Made by a program: the position numbers and the translations under genes. 64,000 nt of DNA from an uncultured delta proteobacterium. GTDB lineage: Bacteria; Desulfobacterota; Syntrophobacteria; BM002. Positions 45,954 through 55,267 of this stretch are shown here, in pieces; position 1 is the first letter of the stretch, and every line of letters begins with the position of its first letter. The notes under the pieces were generated by a model, which was not told the DNA's origin, did no database searches, and saw only the letters and a list, made by a program, of their open reading frames with translations. The DNA is taken from the NCBI GenBank assembly GCA_963712115.1, contig CAVQGX010000031.1, positions 294,438 through 358,437 of the forward strand, given 5' to 3'.

Positions 45954-47714
45954 TTAGGCCTTACGCCTTGGTTCTACTGGCCACTGGATACTGGCTACTT
46001 GGTCTATGGATCTTATGACAAATTGACCGCCCATTACCTGATTTTTTAAGCGACCCCAGGCTGCTTTGAGGACGCCCCCACTGATTCTTGATATGATTAG
46101 CAGGAGGATAAAGGTGATCACAATCATCAGAAAAGCCATGGCGGCGGCGATGCCGAACTCCATGCCGCGGTGCCAGTTCAAATAGATTCCTATGGGCAGG
46201 GTTTCCCATCCTCCTCGATAAAGGAATATGGCGGTAGAGATCTCCTGGAAGGCCATGATGAAAAACATTACCACGCCCACGAGCACCCCTTTGACCAGCA
46301 AGGGCAGAGATATGCTCAGAAAAGTCCTGAGTTTACCCGCGCCCGACACTTCGGAGGCCTCCTCGAGGGAAATATCCAACTGCAAGTAAGAGGCATGAGC
46401 CATGCGCAAAAAGTACGGGAGCCGCCTGGCAAAAAGGGCCAGCGCCATGATGATCCAGTGCGTGGCCAAGGGTATGGTTTTCCAAAATCCCAGGAGATAA
46501 CTTACCCCCACCGCGATACCTGGGAAAGCCAGCATCAATGTGATCACAAAGTCGAGAGCATCTCTCCCCGGGACACGGGTGCGGACGATGAGATAGGCGG
46601 CTGGAAGCCCGAAACCGATCCCGAAAACTAGGGCTATCCCACTGAAGACGAAGGAATTCTTTATCAGGAGCGGCGTTTCCAGAAGAATTACCCTGAAATT
46701 TTCCAGGGTCCAATAGGTTGGAAACGGCTCGAGGACCCATCTTCTGGAGAAAGCGGCCAACCCCAGCACGATGGGAATGAGCAGTACGAGGACAGCGATG
46801 AAGCACATGTAGAAATACGAGGCCATTTTTACCAAGGGGCTCGGCTCGATCACTCTCCCTTCAGAGGTTGTCCCTTTAGAGAGGCCAGTATACTTTTTCC
46901 TCTCCACCCACCATCTGGCGAGCAAAAAGAGGGTAATACAAACTATGGAAGAAACGACCACCGCCACGATCCCCATGTACTTGCGATGAACATCGGTGAA
47001 GTGATAGGCGATGTTGATGTAGGCAACCGAGGGGAGAAAGTCCACCTGTCCCAAAATCAGTGGCGTGAGCCAGTCTGTAAAGGGCCAGAGGAATACGATG
47101 ACAGCGCCCGCAAGATAGGTTGGAGTGCAGAGAGGCAAAGTGACTGTGAGGAATCTCCAAAAGCCGCTCGCCCCCTCGACTTCGGCGGCTTCTTCAAAGC
47201 AGGGGTCTATGTTGGTGAAACCTGCGGAAAGACTGAGGACGATAAAAGGAAGCATGTGCAGGGCCTGAATGAATACCAACCCGTGAAGCCCGTAGATGAA
47301 ATTTATGGGTGTCTTGATCAACCCCATTTCCACCAGGAGCAGATTCACAGTTCCAAACCTGCCCAAAAAAATGATGAAGGCAAATACGCCGGCATAAGCG
47401 GGCAAAACAATGGGCAAAAGGATTAGGGCTGTAAAAACTGTCTTGCCCCGCTGTCTGTATCTCGCCAGAATGTACGACAGGGGTATTCCGAATATGGTGG
47501 TGGTCAGGAGCACCAGTGTACTCAGGAACAAGGTATTTCCAAAGGTTTTGAGGTAATACGCGTCTTGGAAGAATTCCAGATAATTTTTTATGCCCCAGGT
47601 GTCGGTTCCGGCGATTTTGAAGCTTTCCAGCACCAGAATTGACAATGGATAAATCACGAGCAGGGCAATTACCGACCACAAGAGTGTCGACAGAAGGATA
47701 TTGCCGCGGGTCAT
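45954..47714 (-). CDS. ABC transporter permease (FbpB-like, two fused domains)
   Basis: Two EAA loops (FEEAAEVEGAS, LEEASEVSGAG); ~12 TM. Confidence 0.92.
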   Translation of the reverse strand: MTRGNILLSTLLWSVIALLVIYPLSILVLESFKIAGTDTWGIKNYLEFFQDAYYLKTFGNTLFLSTLVLLTTTIFGIPLSYILARYRQRGKTVFTALILLPIVLPAYAGVFAFIIFLGRFGTVNLLLVEMGLIKTPINFIYGLHGLVFIQALHMLPFIVLSLSAGFTNIDPCFEEAAEVEGASGFWRFLTVTLPLCTPTYLAGAVIVFLWPFTDWLTPLILGQVDFLPSVAYINIAYHFTDVHRKYMGIVAVVVSSIVCITLFLLARWWVERKKYTGLSKGTTSEGRVIEPSPLVKMASYFYMCFIAVLVLLIPIVLGLAAFSRRWVLEPFPTYWTLENFRVILLETPLLIKNSFVFSGIALVFGIGFGLPAAYLIVRTRVPGRDALDFVITLMLAFPGIAVGVSYLLGFWKTIPLATHWIIMALALFARRLPYFLRMAHASYLQLDISLEEASEVSGAGKLRTFLSISLPLLVKGVLVGVVMFFIMAFQEISTAIFLYRGGWETLPIGIYLNWHRGMEFGIAAAMAFLMIVITFILLLIISRISGGVLKAAWGRLKNQVMGGQFVIRSIDQVASIQWPVEPRRKA

Positions 47715-47774
47715 ATTGCATCCCTTTGTACATCTTGCATGCTAGGCACTTTGAGGCTGCGTCACAATGCCAAT

Positions 47775-47894
47775 GTCATTCCGGACGAGTCCGCAAGAGG
47801 CGGATGAGATCCGGAATCCAGAAAATTACTATCAAGAGGCCTATTTCTGGATCCCGGCCCGCGCCCCTCTCTGCGGGACTTGGCCGGGATGACG
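47775..47894. repeat. CGTC-type REP-like dimer (GTCATTCC...GGAATCCAG / CTGGATCCCGG...GGGATGAC)
   Basis: Paired palindromes with GTCAT...ATGAC termini. Confidence 0.7.
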
Positions 47895-48032
47895 AATTGC
47901 TGCACAATCTCTTTGGTCGGGGACTTTGATACTATCTAATAATTGACATACGAGCGAGCGCTAGCTCGCCCGCACGTCAAGCCCAAAGAGTATTCTGTTG
48001 AGTTGGGATAATTGAGCAGTGTAGCTCTTGCT

Positions 48033-49334
48033 TTACGGCGCGACCAGTAGGGAGCGTGCCTTCGATGCAGCCAAACGGGCTGCCGCATAATTGCCATCCA
48101 CACCAAAGAGCTTCCTGGCTTCTTGTATCTGCGCCTCAGCTTTGCTCACGCTCATCTTCTGGGCTTTCGCCGCTTGAATTTCTCCCTCAACTTCCTCTAT
48201 GAGGAATAGGCTGCTTTTCAACTCGCCCCATTTTCTATAGATCTCATATTCATAGTAGCGGTTAACATCGTCCCACCTCTTGGTGGCAAGATCCAGATCG
48301 TACTCGATGAATCCGACTTGCAGATCCCAGAATGAATCAACGCCCAGCGCCTTCTGGGCGTGCGTAGCCATGGCGACGCCTTCTTTCTCCCACTCGGAGA
48401 ATTTGATGTCCGTTCTGGCCGGAAAGTAACCCCCCTCCAGCACGTATTTTTGTCCCTCCATGCTGAATAGCCAGTCCAGAAAAATCTTGCCGATTTTTTC
48501 GTTGGGTGCGTTTTTCAGCAAAGCCACTGCTTCTGGAACCAGGATCGTTTTGTCAGGGAGCAAATCCCGGACAGGGTAGCCATCTCTGCGCGCAACCATC
48601 GCATTCATTTGCGGCTGCGCGACCCCGATGGGAATTTCGCCGCGGCTGGTTATGTGGGTCGTATCCGTGCTGCCGGTGGAGAAGCGAGCCAACTGGGCCG
48701 CCAATGCTCTAAGATATGCCCAACCTTCCTTTTCTCCAAATGTCTGCAAGATGATTTCTACGGTTTCATGCATTGTGCCGGAGGCATACGGCAGCGTATA
48801 CACGACGTTACCCCTGTAGATGGGGTCAATCAGATCCTTCCAGGTTTTTGGCGGCGGCAGCCTCAGTTTTTTCAAGACACTCTCGTTGTATAGATTGGTA
48901 ACGATCCAGGGCGCGAAGCAGGTCCAATCCCCACCTTTATCTTTTACTTTCATGCCGTGCCATTCGGCGGGGACCTTATCCCAATCCTTTGGCTTGTAAG
49001 GGACGATCAATTTTTCTTGCTTTAAGACTTCATGGGCTGGAGCGCCTGCGCCCAAGAAAATGTCGGCATCTGGTTTGTCGCCCCACGCTCTCACTTTGTC
49101 CAAGCAGACCGGCCATCCGCCCGGCCGCACGAAGGTGATATCCACGTCCTTACCATAGGTCTTCTTGTAGTAATCCTTGAAACCCTTGGTCAGACTCTCG
49201 GATAACTCCGTGTAAACGGGACCTACCCAGCCGAGTTTGTCTGCTGCCAGCGCCTTCCACGCGAAGGTTGGGTGGAGCAGTAAGACCAATGAAAGGAGAG
49301 CGAAGATTGTTGCAGTCAAGATTTTCTTTCTCAT
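48033..49334 (-). CDS. ABC transporter substrate-binding protein (Fe3+/polyamine/thiamine cluster)
   Basis: Signal peptide, AD.FLG, PKTWKDL, FLDWLFS.EGQ. Confidence 0.88.
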   Translation of the reverse strand: MRKKILTATIFALLSLVLLLHPTFAWKALAADKLGWVGPVYTELSESLTKGFKDYYKKTYGKDVDITFVRPGGWPVCLDKVRAWGDKPDADIFLGAGAPAHEVLKQEKLIVPYKPKDWDKVPAEWHGMKVKDKGGDWTCFAPWIVTNLYNESVLKKLRLPPPKTWKDLIDPIYRGNVVYTLPYASGTMHETVEIILQTFGEKEGWAYLRALAAQLARFSTGSTDTTHITSRGEIPIGVAQPQMNAMVARRDGYPVRDLLPDKTILVPEAVALLKNAPNEKIGKIFLDWLFSMEGQKYVLEGGYFPARTDIKFSEWEKEGVAMATHAQKALGVDSFWDLQVGFIEYDLDLATKRWDDVNRYYEYEIYRKWGELKSSLFLIEEVEGEIQAAKAQKMSVSKAEAQIQEARKLFGVDGNYAAARLAASKARSLLVAP

Positions 49335-49632
49335 TTTGAACTCCTTTCTTCTGACATTGTCATATTTAGAGATAAAATCTGTTTATCCTCAATCACCTCC
49401 TTTTGAAAACGTTATTACCATCTGTTGGCATCTAAGCAGAATAGAGATAAATTAAAAAAAAGACGAGCCCTTTTTTGATCTAACTCGACAATATAGTAGG
49501 CAAGGTCATAACCCCTCTTCCGCCCTTTGCTGTTGGCCTCGGAATCAACTTTGACGCTAGATCTAGCTTATTGCGGCAGTGACATGATATACTTTCAGCT
49601 CAAAGGCCCAACTTATCTCTAAGGAGGAAAAG

Positions 49633-49959
49633 ATGGCAGAGCAGCGAAGCCTTAGTATTTCTGGTGGATTGACTGGAGCGCTCTTGGGTTTAGCAGCTGA
49701 ATTGGCATTGGAAGAGATCACTGGCATGGAGATTGTGAACGGATTGCTCGCCGTGATCGGTGCGGGTTTTGGTCTCATACGAATCGACCGACGTATATAT
49801 GAGGCCACGGTTAATCTGATCAAACGGGTGCCGGTGGAGCCCAATTCCGACTATCGCGACGTCATTGAACAGATTGATGAAATGTCCCTTGAGCTTCCAG
49901 AGTTGCGCGAGAGCTTCGTCAAGCTGGTGCAGGCCGGTATTGAGGCGCAGAAGGCCTAA
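49633..49959 (+). CDS. Hypothetical small membrane protein
   Basis: Strong RBS AAGGAGG; two Gly-rich hydrophobic segments. Confidence 0.7.
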   Translation: MAEQRSLSISGGLTGALLGLAAELALEEITGMEIVNGLLAVIGAGFGLIRIDRRIYEATVNLIKRVPVEPNSDYRDVIEQIDEMSLELPELRESFVKLVQAGIEAQKA

Positions 49960-49964
49960 TACCA

Positions 49965-50387
49965 ATGGTCGGTCTAAATGCCCTATCCAAATTCTTTCGC
50001 AAGACCATTGGTCCGCGGATTGAAGCTTTGGGGCTTCTTCCACATCGCTACTATTTGCACCGGGCCCTGGATGCACTTGAGGAGGACGATATTGACGAAG
50101 CAGTGCGGATGGTAATCTTAGCGGGTAATGACAAAAAAAACGCCAGGTGGCGCCTTGTCTGCCAACAGGTCATCTTCCGCTGCAGGGTCTTGGCCTCTCA
50201 ACACCAAAAGCAGTTGGACCGATTTAAGACCGAAATGGAGATTTTCGGCAAGCCTTCAGAGTCGAGTGATACTTACCTTCGTCTACAGAAAGCTGAGGAG
50301 CGAGCGCGGGACGTTCTAAGAAGCTACGAGTTATTGCTCTTCGCCCAACTCAACGGCCGCAAGACCGATTCTGTCACGGTCGAATAA
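49965..50387 (+). CDS. Hypothetical protein
   Basis: 140-aa ORF 5 bp downstream of the previous gene. Confidence 0.65.
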   Translation: MVGLNALSKFFRKTIGPRIEALGLLPHRYYLHRALDALEEDDIDEAVRMVILAGNDKKNARWRLVCQQVIFRCRVLASQHQKQLDRFKTEMEIFGKPSESSDTYLRLQKAEERARDVLRSYELLLFAQLNGRKTDSVTVE

Positions 50388-50474
50388 TTCGAGACCTCGC
50401 AAGTTCATCAAACCCTTATTACCATCATTTTTTTCCTTGATTTTCTTTAGGCGCCGTAGTAGGAAGGATCAAAC

Positions 50475-50640
50475 AACTGGGTACCCCTTCGGGTTTAATA
50501 GGGAATCCCGTGCAAATCGGGAGCGGTCCCGCCGCTGTATTCGAGGACGAAAGCCGCAATTGAGCCACTGTCTAATCGAAGTTAGATGGGAAGGCGCGGT
50601 GAGTAGGATGATCCGAGAGCCAGAATACCTGCCCAGGTGC
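50475..50640 (+). ncRNA. Cobalamin (B12) riboswitch
   Basis: AATAGGGAATCCCGTGCAAATCGGGAGCGGTCCCGCCGCTGT, GCCACTG...GGGAAGGC, B12 box GAGCCAGAATACCTGCC. Confidence 0.93.
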
Positions 50641-50705
50641 CAGTCGAGTAGGCCACGTGGAAATGGCTGAAATCGACAATCCTTAAGGACCAAGAAACTG
50701 GGTGC

Positions 50706-50742
50706 AATCCTTAAGCTGGAGACAGCTTAAGGATTTTTTTTT
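50706..50742 (+). terminator. Terminator of the riboswitch expression platform
   Basis: AATCCTTAAGCTG-GAGA-CAGCTTAAGGATT followed by a T-run. Confidence 0.85.
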
Positions 50743-50824
50743 GGCACCAACCTCAACCTCTAGTTTTCCTGATGGCGCCCGCCGTGGGCAGACGGCGGGT
50801 GCTTTCGGGATTAAGGAGAAAAAC

Positions 50825-51085
50825 ATGAAAAAAGGTTTGATAGTTTATCTGATCGACAGTGACGGCTTGCCTGAAACTTTTGATGGTGATGATGCCCTAG
50901 CCCACCTATCTTTATCCTTTGACCACTCGGTTTTGGCCGCTTCCACAGAAGGTTTTTATGATATTCCTGAAGCCTGGCACCTGATGCTGACACGAGGCAT
51001 GCAGAATATTTCCTGCGTCAAGGGTCGGCTCAATGAATCCGGAGACATTGAGCTCTACGGAGAACCGTTGAGACTGTATGGTTAG
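50825..51085 (+). CDS. Small hypothetical protein under B12-riboswitch control (86 aa)
   Basis: RBS AAGGAG before ATG 50825; MKKGLIVYLIDS...EAWH.MLTRGM. Confidence 0.7.
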   Translation: MKKGLIVYLIDSDGLPETFDGDDALAHLSLSFDHSVLAASTEGFYDIPEAWHLMLTRGMQNISCVKGRLNESGDIELYGEPLRLYG

Positions 51086-51870
51086 TCACATATCTCTTAA
51101 CTGATCCAATCTCTCACAGAGTTCGCAGAGATCTCAGAGGTCTTATACTACCGTACAATAGTAGGCCTTTGTAAGAATCGAAGGATCGCTCAGGAATTCA
51201 GTGGGAATCCATTGTGGACGTAAATATGCAAGCACATTCACTTCCACAAAAGGGATCCCCTCTTTTGACGATGCATTCGCATCGGTACCCCTGCTGCGCA
51301 GTGGAACCTGAGCAATCCTATTTTTTGGTTAGCTCTCTGAGACAGTTTGAGACCGCAGGGAGAGGACGAGCTTTCGCCAATACATGGGGACAAAAGAATA
51401 ATCAATACTCAAGACGGTACCAAGCAAGTGGTCGTATGGTTAATCCGGCATCTCGGCGGGCCCACTGTAACTCAGCGAGCTCGTTAATTTTTCAGTCTGA
51501 TTTGGTGGAAAAGCTTATAGAGGAGGGTCGCATAGCAGCACAGTGGGGAGTTCTTGAAGGACCAGAGTAAGCTTGCTTGTTCTGGACTTCAAGATCTCCC
51601 CACGTGTCCGGATGCCGTGGCATCGGGACTGCCCGCTCTGCGGGTGCTGATAAGCGATCCAGACTCTTAGCAAATTTTTCCTGCATTCTCTGTGTTCTCT
51701 AGCGAACCCCGAGCTAGCCGAGGGGGAAGCGGGCGAGAGATATATCTTATTCTCAACACCAATTGTACATCCCCTGCACCCATTAAAACGCGCCAGTCAT
51801 TGTCACTTGCGATTCTATTGATTAGAATTCTTCCGGAATTGCCAATTTCCTTTCAGGAGGAAGTGTATTC

Positions 51871-52671
51871 ATGAAGATGACCTGGGATAGTGAGGCTGAA
51901 AAAATGTTGCGGCGGGTGCCATTCTTTGTCCGCAAACGGGTGCGGACAAAAGTGGAAGAGGAAGTTGCTGCCGCCGGCCGCAATTGTGTTACCAAAGGAG
52001 ATCTCGAAGAGAGCAAACGGAAACATCTGAAGAGTCTCAGCGAAGGCATCAAAGGCTACAGTCTCGATGCCTGCTTTGGCTCCAGTGGCTGTCACAATGC
52101 GGTAGTGGCTTCTGCCGACTTGGTCTCCAACCTGGATAATCTCCTCGAAAAGGCAGACTTGCTCACCTTTCTCCGTTCTCGTTTAGGCGAACGTTTGAAG
52201 TTGCATCATCAGCTCAGGGTAACCATTGCCGATTGTCCAAACTCATGCTCCCAGCCTCAGATAAAGGACATCGGCATTATTGGCCAGGCCCAGATTGTCT
52301 GCAATCCTCCTGAGTGTACAGGCTGCGGTGAATGTGAGGCCGCGTGCGAAGAATCAGCTATAGACCTAAAGGACGGCTTTCTGGTGAGCATCGACGAAGG
52401 ATCATGCGTTCAGTGCGGAGCTTGTGCGCAAATCTGTCCCACTGATTCACTCAGCACCAGTGCCGCTACATTCAGGGTGCTAGTGGGAGGCAAATTGGGT
52501 CGTCATCCCCAGCTGGCTCGAGAGTTAACCCGAGATCTCGACGGGGACCAGGTTCTGGCTCTGGTGAGTGTAATAGTTGATTTCTACAAATCCAAGGCCA
52601 ACAGCGGAGAACGTCTCGGTGCGCTCATCAATAGGATTGGGTGGGAGGAGTTTAGAAAAGCAGTCCTTTAG
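51871..52671 (+). CDS. Nitrite/sulfite-reductase-like 4Fe-4S protein with N-terminal PCP_red-like domain
   Basis: W..EAE..L.RVPFFVR.RV, CPNSCSQPQIKDIG, two CxxCxxCxxxC motifs, VGGKLGRHP. Confidence 0.85.
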   Translation: MKMTWDSEAEKMLRRVPFFVRKRVRTKVEEEVAAAGRNCVTKGDLEESKRKHLKSLSEGIKGYSLDACFGSSGCHNAVVASADLVSNLDNLLEKADLLTFLRSRLGERLKLHHQLRVTIADCPNSCSQPQIKDIGIIGQAQIVCNPPECTGCGECEAACEESAIDLKDGFLVSIDEGSCVQCGACAQICPTDSLSTSAATFRVLVGGKLGRHPQLARELTRDLDGDQVLALVSVIVDFYKSKANSGERLGALINRIGWEEFRKAVL

Positions 52672-52721
52672 CCATTGGACCACGCCCGTTATAGCCATGT
52701 GGGAAACTGTGCGAGCTGGTT

Positions 52722-52814
52722 CGACACGGGGAAGCGGAGACACGGAGATACGGCGAAAAAACTTCAGGAGCGAAAGCCATCTCCGTATCGCCGCGTCGCC
52801 GTGTCTCCGTCTCG
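52722..52814. repeat. Inverted octamer arms (ACRCGGAG family), copy 2
   Basis: gacacggggaagcggagacacggagatacggcg ... ctccgtatcgccgcgtcgccgtgtctccgtctcg. Confidence 0.8.
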
Positions 52815-52840
52815 GTGGGTAGATAATAGATGGTCTGCTG

Positions 52841-53728
52841 CTACCAAATGGCTTCTCTTAATGTTTGTTCCAGGGAAATCGGTTCGAGGCCAAGAAGTTC
52901 ATAGAAGGGTTTTTCGTCGCAGGTACTGCCTTCCAAAAGCATGATGATCTGATCAGTTGTAAGTGGATAACCGGGCGCGTGCTGAAGTGCTGAAGTGGCG
53001 AGCCGCAAGGGGAATACCGGCAGGTGTATTTTCACAATGGTTTTTCCCAAAACCCGAGCCAGGGTATCCATTATCTCATCAAAGGTAACATTGTCGGGAC
53101 CGCCCACATCCAGTGTCTTACCGTAGGATTCTTTTAATTCAAGAGCCTTTTCAAATCCCTGTGCCACTGTGTCGGCACTTACCGGTTGGAAACGATATTG
53201 GCCGTCACCAATGATGGGCACTACGATCTTTTTCACCATATCGGCGAACATCTTTATGGCTTCACCACCTGGACCGAAGATTAAAGACGGTCTAAAGATT
53301 GAGTAATCGAGGCCGCTCTCACGGACGAGTTCCTCAGCTGCGAACTTGGTACGCAGATAGGGAGTGGGGCCATCTTCCCTGGCCCCCAGTGCACTCATGT
53401 GAAGCAATCTTGCAACCCCTGTTTCTTTAGCGGCGGCAACAACATTGGCCGTGGCTTCAGTATGCAACTTTTCAAAGGTAACCCCACGACTCGGAAAAGC
53501 ACGAATGATTCCCACAAGATGGATGACCGCATCGCAGCCCTGCATCCCTTGGATCAAATCGGCAACCTCTTCCACCGTGCCAGGGACTACTTCCACCTCA
53601 TCTGGTCTCTTAATCTTATACTCAGAGCCGGGTCGTACCAAAGTCTTCACCTGGTGCTTCTTTTCCAGTAGCTCCTTCAAAACATGGTTGCCCACGAATC
53701 CAGTGCTTCCCGTGACAAATACCTTCAT
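52841..53728 (-). CDS. NAD-dependent epimerase/dehydratase (complex I NDUFA9-like SDR)
   Basis: VFVTGSTGFVG, IHLVGII, MSALGA, YLRTK, FRPSLIFG. Confidence 0.9.
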   Translation of the reverse strand: MKVFVTGSTGFVGNHVLKELLEKKHQVKTLVRPGSEYKIKRPDEVEVVPGTVEEVADLIQGMQGCDAVIHLVGIIRAFPSRGVTFEKLHTEATANVVAAAKETGVARLLHMSALGAREDGPTPYLRTKFAAEELVRESGLDYSIFRPSLIFGPGGEAIKMFADMVKKIVVPIIGDGQYRFQPVSADTVAQGFEKALELKESYGKTLDVGGPDNVTFDEIMDTLARVLGKTIVKIHLPVFPLRLATSALQHAPGYPLTTDQIIMLLEGSTCDEKPFYELLGLEPISLEQTLREAIW

Positions 53729-54001
53729 GACAATCTCCTGTTCTACTGGCAGCAAGAAAAATCAGGACGAGGAGGAAGGAACGGTTTTTTGAGAAAGGCT
53801 GTCAGTAAGAATAATTCAAACATCTTATAACAAGGTCCAGGATTAGGCAAGAGAGACAATTTTTGGGGCTCCCCCACCAAAACCCTCCCCCCTAACGGAG
53901 TAAGAGGAGGAGAACAGTCTCAAAAAAGACGCCTTGACCTAGAGCAAGACCCGTCTTATGCTGTGGGTGAAGAAAAAGTTAAATGGAGGAACTTTTCTCC
54001 T

Positions 54002-54625
54002 ATGATCATGTTGACTCTTTTGAAGGTAATGATCTTCGCGGTATTACTCTTTTCCGTAATATTGCATGAAGTGGCCCACGGATATATAGCGCTGCGCCTA
54101 GGTGACCCTACCGCCCGAGACGCCGGTCGTCTTACACTGAACCCAATCAAACACATTGATCCATTTGGAACGGTGCTCTTGCCTTTGCTTCTTTACTTCG
54201 CTCAATCTCCCGTACTTTTTGGTTGGGCCAAACCGGTTCCGGTAAACTCATTTCTTCTTCGAGATCCTGACAAGGACATGATGTTGGTGGCGGCCTCTGG
54301 ACCTCTCACCAATATCACCCTTGCTGTGCTTTTCGCTCTGGGACTTCGCTATCTTCCCGTCCATTCGCCGCCACTATTCGTAGACCTTCTGGTCTACTCT
54401 TGCTACATAAATATTATTCTTGCCTTCTTCAACTTATTGCCCATACCCCCTCTCGATGGCTCCAAGCTCGTGGCCGGCTTTCTTCCCGCCAAATTGAAAC
54501 AATCATACCTGCAACTGGGACGCTACAGTTTGTTTATAATCCTGCCGTTCTTGTATCTAGCCTTAAAGTACGGAGTAGTGACAACAATTATCGAACGTAT
54601 CTTCTACCTTCTGGTTAAGGCATGA
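54002..54625 (+). CDS. Site-2 protease (peptidase M50)
   Basis: HEVAHG, GRLTLNPIKHID, FNLLPIPPLDG; start uncertain (53963-54029). Confidence 0.92.
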   Translation: MIMLTLLKVMIFAVLLFSVILHEVAHGYIALRLGDPTARDAGRLTLNPIKHIDPFGTVLLPLLLYFAQSPVLFGWAKPVPVNSFLLRDPDKDMMLVAASGPLTNITLAVLFALGLRYLPVHSPPLFVDLLVYSCYINIILAFFNLLPIPPLDGSKLVAGFLPAKLKQSYLQLGRYSLFIILPFLYLALKYGVVTTIIERIFYLLVKA

Positions 54626-54740
54626 GTGGGGCAGGCGTCCCTGCCAGCCATATCAGAGGGGAAAAAAGAATCGTTAGGGCAGGCCGGTGTTCATGTCTTT
54701 AAGTGGGCAAGGAGAAATACAGCAGGCAGCCATTTGAAAC

Positions 54741-55069
54741 CAGGCACTAAGCAGTAGGCACTAGGCACTACTAAGACTGAGACCACTTTAAGTCATTATA
54801 CTACGCTTTGACTCAAGGTCATTTGGCCACTAAATGCGGCCGTCATTACGCTTCGCTGTCAATATGCCTTCGGCGTCATGTATGGTCATAAGGGTAGTAC
54901 GCTATGCTGGCCACTCATAGTTAACTGTCATTGTGGCTTCGGAACAATTTAATGACGGGCGCCAGGCCTAGTGACGGCGGAGTTAAATGACGCAGAGCAA
55001 ATGACATGACTTGCCGGTGCCTAGTGCATAGTTCCTAGTGCCTAGTACGCCATGCGCTCTGCGCTATGC
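54741..55069. repeat. Modular GTCA/TGAC array copy 7 (54792-55010) nested inside ACTAGGC/GCCTAGT heptamer arms
   Basis: caggcactaagcagtaggcactaggcacta ... array ... gtgcctagtgcatagttcctagtgcctagt. Confidence 0.88.
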
Positions 55070-55075
55070 TGATTT

Positions 55076-55267
55076 ACCCTAATGTTGCAGACCCATTCCG
55101 AGGAAAAACACGCAAGAGTGCGCCAGATGTGGCTGCGCACAGGCTCGGATAGGTCGAGGCGTACTTGACCGTACGTCAAGCCCTGTCCGAGGCGAGCACA
55201 GCTGCAGATGGCGTGCTATCGCGCGAGCGCAGCGGTTTTGGCCGGTCTGGGTTTGCAACATTAGGGT
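55076..55267. mobile_element. 192-bp MITE-like element, copy A
   Basis: TIR ACCCTAATGTTGCAGACCCA / TGGGTTTGCAACATTAGGGT. Confidence 0.8.

Noticed and set aside
51214-51570. 118-aa ORF between the B12-regulated gene and the Fe-S gene
   Set aside because: No RBS or recognisable domain; at best a degraded remnant.
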